From the NCBI GenBank assembly GCA_043228905.1, contig JBHGNT010000002.1:13578001-13642000 (forward strand): DNA of 64,000 bases. The letters run 5' to 3'. Of the stretch, positions 26,033-39,269 are shown in pieces (positions within the stretch are counted from its first letter, which is position 1; each line of letters starts with the position of its first letter). Both the position numbers and the translations under genes were made by a program. The DNA comes from Azolla caroliniana. Lineage: Eukaryota > Plantae > Polypodiophyta. The notes beneath the pieces were generated by a model, which was not told the origin of the DNA, ran no database searches, and saw only the letters and a program-made list of their open reading frames with translations.

Positions 26033-29000
26033 CAGAAGAGTGAAGTGTTTGAACACTTCCAAAAGTTCAAAAATGAAGTCGAAAAGGCACCCGGTCGGCA
26101 TGTCCGATGCCTTTGATCGAACGGCGACAAGGAGTATTTTTCCGATGCCTTTACAATATACCTTCGACAAGAAGGAATTCGGCAGGAGTTTACCTACCAA
26201 CGCACACCTCAGTAGAATAGAGTAGCTGAATGCAAGAACCGGCACATACTCGAGGTGGATAGGGCTGAATGATGAACGAGAAACATCTACCAAAATCATA
26301 TTGGGGTAAAGCGGCGAATATGGCCGTCTATCTGATGAATTGTTGCACAACATCAGGAGTGCACGATATTACCCTCTGTGAAAAGTTCTATGGGAAGAAA
26401 CCGGATCTATCCCAGGTCAGGATATTTGGTTCAATAGTCTATGTACATATTCCTGAGGAGAAGTGGCAGAAGCTCTATCCCAAGTCAGAGAAATGTATAC
26501 TCGTAGGGTACTCACTCGAGCAAAAAGGGTATAAGTGTTTCAACCCGTCCACCAAGAAGGCACGAGTGAGTAAGGATGTCGTCTTTGATGAGTCGGCATC
26601 TTGGTATACAATCGAATCAGTCCCATCCGACACAGTCAAAATGGAGTTCAACACAAAGGCAAGGGAGGATGATCGATCGAGGCCCACATCAGAGGAAAGT
26701 CAAATCACAACTAGGTTGAATGGACCACAAGATCCTCCAAGAGACCAAATCACATTGTGGCTAAGTCCGAAACGGGAAAAAAGAAAGGCCAAAATGCCTG
26801 AGTACGAAGACTCAAATGGAAATGAATCAACTCACTCACATGAGAGTGAGTATGGCGGACTTGATGTGCCCATCATGAGGACACCAGGAGCACCACGTCA
26901 TTCCACCCGATTTGGCCACAACGACTACGTGGCATATCATTATGCATTCATGATGAAGGTGGTCACTGGTGACAGTCTGAAGCCACAAAGGACCGTAGAT
27001 GGGTCAAAGCGATGAATGAGGAGATGTAAGCACTCTCCACGAACGAGACATGGGATCCTGTCCCTTATTCACACCACCAAAAGGCAATTGGATGCCTATG
27101 GATCTTCAAAGTGAAGCACAATGGCAATGATATTGTCAATCGGTACAAGGCCCGGCTTGTGGCAAAGGGCTACGCGCAGACACACGGTGTCGATTACGAA
27201 GAGAACTTTTCCCCGATGGCAAAGATGACTACAATTTGAACTGTGATCGCGCTTACAATAGCAAAAGGGTGGCACCTCCACCAAATGGACGTAAAGAACG
27301 CATTCCTCCAAGGCGAGCTAGAAGAGGTGTACATGACACAACCACCTAGATTCGGGTCAACGACGCATTGACTGTTGTCAGCTGACTCGAAAAGCCTCTC
27401 TACGGTCTCATGGAGGCGCCGAGGGCATGGCATTTGAAGATCACACAACATCTTTGTCAAATTGGCTTCAACATGTCAAAGTCCGATAACTCTCTGTTCA
27501 TTCGGAGCGACTCCAGAGGAAAGGTATTTATATCTATTTATGTGGATAACTTGGTCATAGGAGGAGAGCATTTAGCAAATATAGAGCACATGAAGAAGCT
27601 CCTCTCGAGGCGATTCGAAATGAAAGACATGAAGGAGCCTCATTACTTTCTAGGAATAGAAGTAATTCGGATTCCCGACGGCATCATGCTTTCACAGAGG
27701 CACTATATCCTCAATCTTCTTTACAAGTTTGGAAGCCGATCGAAATCTAAAGCTAGATGTTAACTTAGGCACTAGAGAGTGTGGGCCGACGCTCTATAGT
27801 CAACTAGTTGTCATCTACCTCACGATTACCCGACCCGACCTGAGTTACCCAGTCGGCCTCCTTATCCAGTTCATGCAAACTCCACGAGACATCCGTCTCG
27901 ATTGTGCTAAGTGAGTGCCAAGGTATGTGAGTGGAACCATGGATTTCAGCATCCTCTAAAAATCAGCCACATTGACACAACTCGAAGAGTACACCGATGC
28001 CAATTGGGTCGGCCACAAAGCCGATAGACGATCAAACTCAGGGTTTGCATGGCCAGTGTGTGTAGGCCTCGGGTTACACCAACCATATATAAATTGCATG
28101 TGCATGAAGAGTGTAGGGTCAATTGTTTTTCAGAAATATATAATGTCTTTGCATGTGTATATGGCATGTGGGATATAGTTTAGGCATTATGTGTAATAAA
28201 GCACAATATGAAGGAATTTTGTTAACAATCCTAACAACTTGATCATTGCTATGGTTTTATAACATTAATGTTTGCCTTTATTTACAAGAGAGTAGAAAAT
28301 GATAGCCTTGCACTTTAAAACTTAAAATTTGCAAAAAAGGGAGTTTTAATATTAGCAAGTCAAGGTGTGGTATGCTTTTTACAATGTCGACGGGTATAAT
28401 TAATATTCGAGATTTGATTTGTCCAATTATTATTATTGATACAATCTAATCATTTCAAGTATTATTACATCATGGGATCAAATCAAGGGCGAAATATTTT
28501 CTTTATCTAACAATATGGCTAAATTGCGCTTTATAGGAGATCTCTACAATGCATGTTATGATCATACCTTTTTAAAGATAAATTGTTCTTCTGTTGTAAA
28601 AACGTATTGTAGCTGTGGATATGTATCTTTAAAGTGGTGCAATATCAACTTGTTGCTATATTGCAAAATCACATACTGTTTAATTTTACATGCAATTCCA
28701 TGGAATTTGTTGGATGCTCACTATTCTTACATTTTATTGTTACGTTTTGAAATTTGAACTTTTAAATGTAAAATCTATCTCTCTCTCTCTCAAATCTATC
28801 TATCTATTTAAATTATATATATATATAGTTTATACATTTTAAAAGCCTTATAGACAATGTGACATGTAGTACTTATAAGGAAATTCATTTAGTATCTCTG
28901 CATTTTCCTACCTCATTATGTAAAATATATGATGGCACAAGGTGTCCTTTTAGAATTTTTGGAGTTTGAGCAAGACTATGTAATGAGTGACAAAAAAGAA

Positions 29001-29085
29001 CACTAAATGGCCAATATTAAATAGATCTAGCATTCCTAGATGGACGATACATTAGAGCATGTAAGAATCATTACAACCATATAAT

Positions 29086-29660
29086 CATAGTTCCTAATAT
29101 TCGCGTACGTCCAATTTACTGGACGTACGCGAACGTTTGCAAACGTACGCGTATGATACGCGATATTCGTTTGGCTTTTTTTTTTTTTTTGACTTTATTT
29201 TGGTTTTTTTAATTTTTGATATTCATAATATTTTGTGAATAGAAGTGACATCTGACACACATACACACACTCTCTCTCTCTCTCTCACACGAGAACTGAC
29301 AGATTTTCTCTCTCTACAAAATCTAGATATCTAATATACATATTACATACTCCCTCACACAGACAAAACCCATAGCTCCTCTCTCTCTCTCTCTCTAGAG
29401 TCTAGATATACACTCAATCACTGTCTCCTCACACATGCAAAACAGGGCTTCTCTCTCTAGACCACACACGCTCTCTCTCTCTCTCTCTCTCCCCCTCACA
29501 CACACACACACTATGTACACCATATACACCATATGTATATATAATATATCTATGTACCGCGTATGGATTTCAATCATACTTGGAGCCTTTTCACGTATGA
29601 GTATGATACGAATATTGGCGTTTGAGTATGACACGAATGGGACGTATGGCTAGAACTATG
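29086..29660. mobile_element. hAT-type MITE (non-autonomous DNA transposon)
   Basis: TIR CATAGTTC/GAACTATG, perfect 8-bp TSD CATATAAT (29078-29085, 29661-29668), subterminal CGTA(CG) repeats, non-coding. Confidence 0.85.
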
Positions 29661-30584
29661 CATATAATACGACATAATAGGGATACAATTTGCTTTTAGA
29701 AATATCATACAAGAATATTAAATAGGATTTTGTTAGTATATGTTTGGTTTTAAGGATGTTAAATTCAAATTATATGTGCTACGATTTTCTTGTGCTACGA
29801 AGAAGATGAAAGGTGTGAAGCAAATATATAGGTGCCGCTTCTCCTTATCACATGAACTAGATCCATAAACTCTAATGAACATAATCTCTACTAGATTTTT
29901 AAAGCATTGTTCAATATTGAACATAATCTTGAAAATGAGGAGATATTAATTATAGACCTATTATTAATTATATGATATTAGGAAGTCTACAATGGCAATA
30001 TAAAGGATAAACTCTATGTATTGATAAAGCATATATTGATTGAGTGGCGGTGCAATAAGTAGAAGTACATTATTAGAATAAGAAGGCCTATTTTGAAATT
30101 CAACTACTTCGGAAGTATGAAATATTTCAAGATAGATTTGCACAATCTAAGTGTCATCTAGAGAAATTTTACAGTATTCTAATATAAATGGGACACATTA
30201 AGAACTATGAGGGGCCTATAAACTAACATGCCTAACAAACATCGTGTAAAGCTCTAACGTGATAGCCAATGGTTTTGGATACTCGTGATAAGATTGTGCC
30301 AGACAATAAAATCTCATTGGATATGGCTCAACAATATAATCAGTATGCGTACGATGGTTGAGTAACATACAAGGTTTTAGAAATGACCACAACATCAGAA
30401 GATGACAATCACATTATTCTTCTATCATATGCATCCTATGGAAGTTGTTTAATTTGGTTAAGAGATGCATATCTATAAAACACATGATATTTTAGATTTT
30501 GGAGCTCTCTAGTAAAGTATATTTGTGTGTTTTAGGCCAATCATAGAGGAGTCATAGGGAATTTCCTTTTATATGATTTTGGTG

Positions 30585-30587
<3 letters not shown>

Positions 30588-30628
<41 letters not shown>
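30588..30628. repeat. (GA)n microsatellite
   Basis: Directly visible. Confidence 0.95.
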
Positions 30629-30631
<3 letters not shown>

Positions 30632-31625
30632 TTTCCATTGTATGGTATGTGCTAGGCAGTCACTCATCACCCAAAATGTTTTGTATAGTTAAAGAAAGAG
30701 AATATATTCAAGATAATGTGAAGGATACAAACAAATAAACAAGCTCAAAGTGAAAAGAAACTGATTTGTTTTAGTTTTAGAGAATACGTGAAGAAAATGC
30801 ACACCACACACTCCAACATGTTAATTTCCAAGAGTCTAATCACTGTACTAGTGGTGGTTGTTTTCTTTTGCTTTCCTCTTTTGTCCTATCATGTGTGTCC
30901 ACACGTCTCCGTGCTCTTGTTGGTAACTTTGGATGTTATATAGAGTTAAATATTCTAGGATTCGGATCTTAATTCCGCCAACTGATGGAAACATCGTGTG
31001 TTGGTCCATCGAGGGGAATATGCTTCCCTTGCTAAATTGCATGAAGATAGGGTGGTGTTTTGCGATTCTTTTCCCATCTCAATATTGTCTAAGATAATAA
31101 TGTGACTCACAAAAAAACACTTTTGATAAGGGAGTGAGAATTTGATCTAACTAATGTAAATCTCTATGAGAATCAAGGCCACATGGTCAATTTTGAATTT
31201 GATTGGGAATGTGACATCCACATCCTTTTAACAGTCACAAAACAAAGGTCATCTTGTTGAGTTCTTGTATTTTACATTATGTGTGTCCATATATAATACA
31301 TATTCATATTATAGAATCAAGATAAGAAAACTCATGCAATAAATATTATCATCTCCACAATGACATGTGGTAAAGGACATCTATCAGCAAAATCTCTCTA
31401 ATTTTCACCCACAAAACATTTAAAGCTTCAATATGCCATAAATTTTCACTACTTTTATAGCTCTTTCCATTCCTTTGGATTAACTCAAAAGTCAAGGCTT
31501 TGATCTCACATGTTGGTGATGGTAAGTTTTAGGTGTCATCACTAATAATGACCTTATGATGTTTGGATGCCTCTCTATTCAAATGTGTGTCAATTGTACG
31601 TACCAATTGTAAGAATCTATATCAA

Positions 31626-32095
31626 TGTTACGAAAAAAAGGAGAAAATAATTCAGATAAGGTGTTAGATCACCCGACCACTCCCTAATGAAGGTTGAGAG
31701 ATAGATCTGAAGCCTCGATTAGTGTCCCATACCACTGAGTTTGGACATGGACCATATTTTAGGTTTTAGAAGTAGGCACACATTCATAAATCTAGAAGTT
31801 TTCCACAAAGTTAGAGTCCCTATCTAAAATAATAAAGATGACCCCCTTCATGAAGGTAACTAGCATTATTATATAGGCTCAAACCCTAGGCCCTTGTTTG
31901 TCTCACACTAGAATGCTCAAGCCCTAGGTCCTTGTCTACATTACACTTGAGGCTGAAACCCAAGGCCCTTGCCAAGTGATTAAACACTCTATAATTATCT
32001 CAAACTAGGATTAAGAATAACTCAATCCTTACTCTTCACTCCTTCCTCACCTAACCCTAAGTTTCGAGAACTACGATTAGGCTATGCTTGTAACA
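31626..32095 (-). mobile_element. Solo LTR related to the chromovirus LTRs
   Basis: Termini TGTTAC/GTAACA flanked by TCAA on both sides. Shares CACCCGAnCAC and GTCCCATACC motifs with the reverse complement of the element 4 LTR and with 54090-54165. Confidence 0.7.
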
Positions 32096-32355
32096 TCAAC
32101 CACTTGCAATGACAAAGAGGGGCATGTGAATCTGGACGTGTTTGTGGCTAAATGTATATGTTTATTTGAGAATATGCAATTCTAATGTTGTGTGTAAGGT
32201 TAGATGCTAGCCTTTTGTTGGTGAAATTATACACACATATGTGCATTACACATGATAGTGGGATATAATATAGGTACATATATTCCTATGTAGATGTATT
32301 TTGTTTTCATGCACGTATAAGTGTTTTACGTACATCATTTTGTGCATGAGACCTT

Positions 32356-35300
32356 TGTTGGGGATATGTCCCTTCATTGGGAGGAACCGACTGTTTGGAA
32401 GTAACCGACAATCGAAGAGTCGACAATAGAGAGTCGATTGTTTATTATTATAGCATTAATAATATTTATGATATGTGGCAGTGGCTACAATTGTAAATGG
32501 GCTATACAATGTATCAATATATATACATCTAGGGCAAAATAGTGCAGTGTGTAGACAGTAGAGGTCGAGAGAGAAAGCAAGCGTGAGAGACAACAAGTGG
32601 TGCCATAGCTGTGTGTGCAACAACAGACGCCAAGAGCCTTGCACGGCTGATACACTCAGATGGAGTGTTGTAATCTTTCGATTGTACATCCACTGTATAG
32701 TGAAGTTCTGTTTACCCGTGGTTTTCTCCCGCTTTAGGGTTTCCACGTAAAACTCTGTGTACTCTGTCATTGTGTATCTTCAACATTGTTTGATCTTGTG
32801 ATTTCACGAATCGATCTCTAACAATCTGGTATCAGAGCTTGAGGTGCAAGCATGGAAGGAGGTGTGAGCGGTTTCCCAGATATGATAGTTCTAAACTCAT
32901 AGAACTATTCCGATTGGAAGATAAAGATGGAGGACCTACTCATAGTAAAAGACCTGTACGAGCCAGTCGACAGAGCAGATATACCTAGAGGGGTATTGGA
33001 GTTGGAATGGAAACTTCTCAACAGAAAGGCAGTGGCCACCATCCGACAGTGCGTCGACGTAAGTGTTCTTCAGCATGTGGTGAATGACACAAATGCCCAC
33101 GAGATGTGGTAGAAGCTGTCGGGTCTATATGAGAGGAAGAACGCACTCAATATAACCTCACTGATGAGAAAGATCGTATGGTTGAAATATAGAGACGGTG
33201 AGAGCATCGTCGAACATATCAGCACATTCATGGGGTATGTAAACCAACTTGTTGCAACCAAGTTCCCCCTAGATGATGCGATGTAGGCCATTTTGCTGAT
33301 GTGCTCACTGCCGGATAGCTAGGAGAACCTGGTGGTTACTCTTAGCACCTCTTGTAAAGAAGAGAACTTGTCTCTACAAACGGTGAAGACAAGCATCCTA
33401 AATGAGGAGGCAAGAAGGAAGGATAGGGGAGTCCTGGCTCAGTCAGAGTCGAATGTAACACAACATTTAGATAGAGGAAGGAACTGGCAAAGAAGTCCAC
33501 CAAGGAGAGAAAAGTCCCAAGCTAGATCGTAGTCCAGAGGTAAGCTAGTGTGCTTTTATTGTGGTAAACCTAGACACTTCCAGAAGGACTGCCGACACAC
33601 GAGAAAAGACAAGGGTATCGGGAACAATGTTGAACCTAAGAATATTCCTGATGAGAAGAACACTTCTGCCATTGCTACGAGCAATGAAGAACTGTTGTTC
33701 ATTTGCGAACAGACAACTACAAATCTTGCAAGTGAAGAATGCACTTGGGTGATTGATTCCGGGGCATCGTTCCACATAACTCCGTCGAGAGAGTATTTCT
33801 TGACTTACATAGCTGAAGATCACGATTATGTGAAGATGGGTGATAGTGGAGAGTGCAAGATATCCGGAGTTGGAAGTGTCTACTTGACGACGTCGACAGG
33901 GTGTCGACTGACTCTGAAGGATGTTCGACACGTCCCTGATATCAGATTGAATCTGATATCGATTGGAAGGTTAGATGACGAAGGCTATAGTGGCAGTTTT
34001 TGGAATGACAAGTGGAAGTTCTGCCGAGGGAATCTTATAGTGGCCTGAACACAGAAAGAAGGCACATTATATATGATGCATGCCCGACTATGCAAATCGG
34101 AAGTAAATGTGGCAGCCGACTCGGCAAGAGAGATATGGCATAAGAGGCTAGGCCACATAAGTGAGAAAGGAATGCACCTGCTAGCCGACCAAAAGCTTCT
34201 ACCAGAAGTCAAGGGAGTGCACCTGGAGAAGTGCGTCGAATGCTTAGTCGGAAAGCAGAATAGAGCAACTTTCCACACGACCATTGAGAAGAAGAGAAGT
34301 GCCATTGGAACTGGTACACATAGATGTGTGCTATGTAGATGCTCCATCACATCGAGGTGGACAGTACTTTGTGAAGTTAATTGAAGACTATAGTCGGAAG
34401 ACATGGGCCTTCGTACTGAAGTTGAAGGATCAAGTACTGTTGGTTTTCAAGGAGTTCTAGGCTAGAGCTGAACAAGAATCGAGTCAGAAGTTAAAGGTTG
34501 TCGGAACCGACAACGGTGGCGAATATAGAGGGCAATTTGAGGAGTAGTGCAAGTGCCGAGGTATTCGGATCGAATACACAGTGCCAAAGACCCCAGAGTT
34601 GAACGGACTTGCAAAGAGGATGAATCGAACAATCATGGAGAGGGTAAGGAGCATGCTTTCTCATGCGAAACTGCCGAAATCCTATTGGGCTAAGGTGATG
34701 TACACAATTGTTTATCTGATCAACAAGTCTCCCTCAGTACCATTAAAGGGTGATGTTCCACAGAGAGTGTGGACAGGGAAGGATGTCTCCTACCAACACT
34801 TGAGTGTGTTTGGATGTTTTTTGTATATGCATGTACCGAAGGATCAGAGGTCAAAGCTCGACAATAAGTCGAAAGCATGCATATTCATGGGATACTTGGA
34901 AGATGAGTTCGGCTATAGGCTATGGGACCTAGTTGACAAGAAGGTAGTGAGAAGTCAGGACGTAGTCTTTCTTGAGGATAAGACGATTAAAGGCTGGAAG
35001 CAGTAGAAGTCGGAACCGACTCCCCAGTCAACCCCGACTACCATCGACTTAAGGCCAAGTGAATCAGCATCGTCAGCTGTTCGGAGACGGCCAGTCGGCA
35101 CAACCGAATTCGAGTTGGTCGACTCGGAGAGACCGATTGGCCATGAGTCAGAGTCGGCAGAGCTGCCAAGGTCAATTGAAGAGTATGAGTTGGAGTCGTC
35201 CAACCTAGAGATGCTGATTGACGTGCAGGAAACCGAGCGGAGAGAAGAGTTGGCAGAGACATCCGAAAGAGAGCCAACAACAAGTGGAAGGAGATACCCA

Positions 35301-37453
35301 CTCAAAGAAAGGAAAGCACCGACAACATATGCTAGTTAATACATCCTCTTGACTGATGAAGGTGAACCGGAGTGCTATGAAGAAGCCATTGCGGACGAGC
35401 ACAGAGAGAAATGGTTGAGCGTGATGCAAGATGAGATGAAATCCTTGCATGAGAATTACACCTACGACCTTGTAGAGCTGCCGAAAGGTAAGAGAGCACT
35501 CAGGAATAAGTGGGTTTACAAGGTGAAGACTGGAGAAGCTGACAGTGAGCCCAAGTATAAAGCCCACATAGTGGTGAAGGGCTTGCAATAGAAAAAGGGC
35601 GTCAACTTCGACGAAATATTCACACCAGTTGTGAAGATGACATCCATTCAAACTGTTTTGAGCATAGCGGCCAGTATGAACCTGGAGATCGAATAGTTGG
35701 ATGTCAAAACCACATTCTTACACGGGGAGCTAGAAGAAGAAATATACATGCAGCAACCCGAAGGCTTTGAGGAGAAAGGGAAAGAGAACTTGGTGTGTCG
35801 ACTGAAGAAAAGCTTGTACGGTCTGAAACAAGCTCCATGCCAATGGTACAAGAAGTTCAAGTCCTTCATGATGGAACATTGGTTCTAGAAAACACAGGCT
35901 AATCACCGTGTGCTCGTCAAAAGGTACGAAGAAGGAAACTTCTTGATTCTCTTGTTATATGTTGATGACATGTTAATAGTCGGTCAAGATACAAGGAAGA
36001 TTGGAAGCTTCAAGAAAGCTCTAGGTAGGTCGTTTGCCATGAAAGACCTTGGACCGGCTAAATAGATCTTAGGAATGCACATAGTTCGAGACAGAACTCA
36101 AAAGGTGTTATGGTTGTCACAACAAAAGTATGTGACGAAGATCCTAGAGAGATTCAACATGTCGGACGCAGAGCCAGTCGGTTCGGTGTTGCTGACAAAC
36201 TGTAGGTTGAATGTGAAGCAGTGCCCGAAAGGGGGGAAGGAGAAGGCCGAGATGAGGAAGATACCATATGCATCGGCTGTCGGCTGTCTAATGTATGCTA
36301 TGGTCTGTACTAGACCAGACATAGCATTTGCTGTGGGAGCAGTAAGCCGATATATGAGTAATCCAGGAAGAGAACACTGGGTAGCGGTGAAGTGGATACT
36401 CAGGTACTTGAAAGACACCTCGAGGGAGTGCCTTAGGTATGGTGTTGGAAAACCTATGTTAGAAGGTTTTACCGATTTAGACATGTCGGGAGATGTAGAC
36501 TCGAGCCGATCTACGCCAGGGTACGTGATGACCTATGTAGGGGGAGCAGTGTCGTGGCAATCACGATTACAGAAGTCTGTAGCCCTGTCGACTACAGAGA
36601 CAGAGTATATGGCAGTGGTAGAGGCTGGCAAAGAGCTGATCTGGATGAGAAATTTTCTCAACGAGCTAGGGATGAAGCAGAGGGAGTTCTTGCTTCACTG
36701 TGACAGCTAGAGTGTCATACATCTAGCCAAGAATGCTCCTTACCACTCCTGAACTAAGCACATACAGAGGAGGTATCACTGGTTGTGGGAGAGAGTCGAA
36801 GAAGGAGAGATTTCCTTGGTGAAGATCCATACTGACGAAAATGGATCCGACATGCTCACGAAGAACCTACCTACGGATAGACTTAGAATCTATCGACAGA
36901 AGACAAGATTGACTGACTCCCTCCCACAAGAGTGAAGAGGGAGTTTGTTGGGGATATGTCCCTCCAGTGGGAGGAACCGACTGTTCGAAAGTAGCCAATA
37001 GTCGAAGAGTCGAAGGAACCGACTGTTCGGAAGTAGCCGACAGTCGAAGAGTCGACAACAAAGAGTCGATTGTTTATTATTATAGCAATAATAATAATTA
37101 TGATATGTGGCAGTGGCGACAATTGTAAATGGGCTATACGATGTATCGATATATATACATCTAGGGCAAAATAGTGTAGTGTGTAGACAATAGAGGTCGA
37201 GAGAGAAAGCAAGCGTGAGAGAGAGCAAGCAGCGCCATAGCTATGTGTGCAACAACAGACGCCAAGAGCCCTGCACGGCTGATACACTTGGATGAAGTGT
37301 TGTAATATTTCGATTGTACATCCATTGTATAGTGAAGTTCTGTTTACCCGTGGTTTTCTCCCGCTTTAGGGTTTCCACGTAAAACTCTATGTACTTGTGT
37401 TGTGTATCTTCAGCATCGTTTGATCTTGTGATTTTACGAATCGATCTCTAACA
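32356..37453 (+). mobile_element. Ty1/copia, Tnt1/Tork-like, full-length and decayed (element 5)
   Basis: LTRs 32356-32823 and 36946-37453, TSD ACCTT, Met PBS (32827-32838), PPT. Peptides closely match the intact ORF at 57332-61405. Confidence 0.95.
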
Positions 37454-39100
37454 ACCTTTACACCCGTAGCAAAGATGATGATTGTCCATGTGGCACTGGC
37501 GGTCATAGTGGCAAAGGGGTGGTATCTTCACCAGATGGATGTGAAAAATGTGTTCCTCCTGAAGGTGATCTTGAGGAACAAGTGTACATGGTACAACACC
37601 TCAGTTTTCAGTTGGAATTGAACAAGCCAACGGTGTGCTGACTGAAGAAATCATTATACGGTCTCAAGGAAGCTCCATGAGAATGGAACTTCAAAATCAC
37701 CCGCGTTTGCATAAGATGGGGTTTGAGACCTCACAATCTTCCTTGTTCACCCGAAAAGGTCTGATGAGCCCAATATGTATATTGTTGTATGTGGATGACT
37801 TCGCCATCAAGGGGTCGACGTGTCCAAAATTGACCGCGTCAAGACCCAATTCTCGGTCACATTTAAGATGAAGGATTTAGGAACCCTTCAATACTTCCTC
37901 GGGATTGAAGTGATCCACACACCCAACGACATATTGTTGACTCAACGACATTAAGTATTGAATATGTTGTACAAGCTCAGCATGACAGAGTGCCGACTCG
38001 TCTCAACTCGTCTTGACTGTAGTTAGAAGCTTTGTCCTGACTGGGGAATTGCATGCGACGAACATGATTCCAACAAATTGTTGGAAGCCTTATATTTTTG
38101 ATACTCACCCGACCCGACTCAACCTGAGCTATCAAGTTGTCTTGATTAGTCAATTCATGCAAAAGTCAACAACTGAATACATGTAGTGTGCGCATCGAAT
38201 ATTAAGATATGTTAGCAAAACTCTTGATTGTGGACTCTTGTATAGGTATGGTACTGCCGAACAACTCATCGATTATACAAATGCTGACTAGGATGGAGAC
38301 ACCACTGATCACTGATCATCATCGAGATTTATGTTCTCCCTAGGAGGATGATGATCTCCTTGAGCAAAAAGAAGCAGCCGACAATGATGTTAACGAGCAC
38401 AGAGGCAGAATATCAAGGAGCAACTGTTGCAACTTGTGCATATCGAGGTGCATTATCACTTCATGCGAGAGCGAGTCCTGAGTAGTGAAGTCCGACTACG
38501 TTTCGTTCCGATTGATTGGGAAGCGGCCCACATCTTCACAAAGGCACTTGGACTACTGCAATTTTCGGAGATGGTAGGTATTCTACATTTTGACTTGCCG
38601 TGCTTGAGAGGGAGAATAATAGTCAGGGAGCAAAGCCAGCCGAACGAGTTGAAAGGGCAGAGTCGGAAACAACCGGAGCTCAAGCGGGAAGACTGAAGGA
38701 TCGAGTAGGAGACAAGCCGAAGGGATGATTCGGCAATGGTGGACGGGTCAAGCCGGTTAGTAGGAAGAGCCAAATAAATGAGGAAGCTAAAGGTCAAAAA
38801 GGCCAAAATAGGTAAGGGCCGAAAGGGTTGGATCAGACAAGAGTTGAAAGGATCAGGATGATCCGAAGCGGACAAGAGGGACAAGCCAAAGTAGACAAAG
38901 GCCGTAAGAGCCGAAAGGCTGAAGAGGCCGAACTTGAGCTTGAGGGGGAGTGTTGAGATACCTCACATTGACAAGCTCAACTAGGTGTACATATGTAAGC
39001 CATTATATTATGAGGGCCCTTAGGGTTTGGTATATGATATGCTCATAGAGCACCGTTGTAAAAGAACTAACTATTATTTGATAATATAGTTCAAGTCTTT

Positions 39101-39149
<49 letters not shown>

Positions 39150-39269
39150 TCTATGTGTTAATCTCCATCTCCATTCCTATGTTTGGTTTTTTCATCTCTG
39201 TGTAAACTTCTATTGATGTGGTTCCATTCGACTAGGCCAACCGTTTTCATGACTTTTGCATTCTTTACA
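37454..39269 (+). mobile_element. Copia family A 3' fragment (RT-RH-extension-3' LTR), host of element 5 (element 6)
   Basis: The ETF.PVAKM motif is split by element 5. Also [32 protein letters not shown] 38951-39269. Confidence 0.85.

Larger units (their letters stand above)
16872..28045 (+). mobile_element. Ty1/copia family A, decayed and 3'-truncated, host of two nested insertions (element 3)
   Basis: LTR ends at 17230 (start approximate), then PBS TGGTATCAGAG and gag ATG at 17380. Integrase is split at 19011 and 19456 and resumes at 26033. RT/RH runs to about 28040. No 3' LTR found. Confidence 0.85.

Noticed and set aside
28050-30900. Host gene in the AT-rich stretch
   Set aside because: Only short ORFs with no recognisable motifs, so it cannot be supported from sequence alone.
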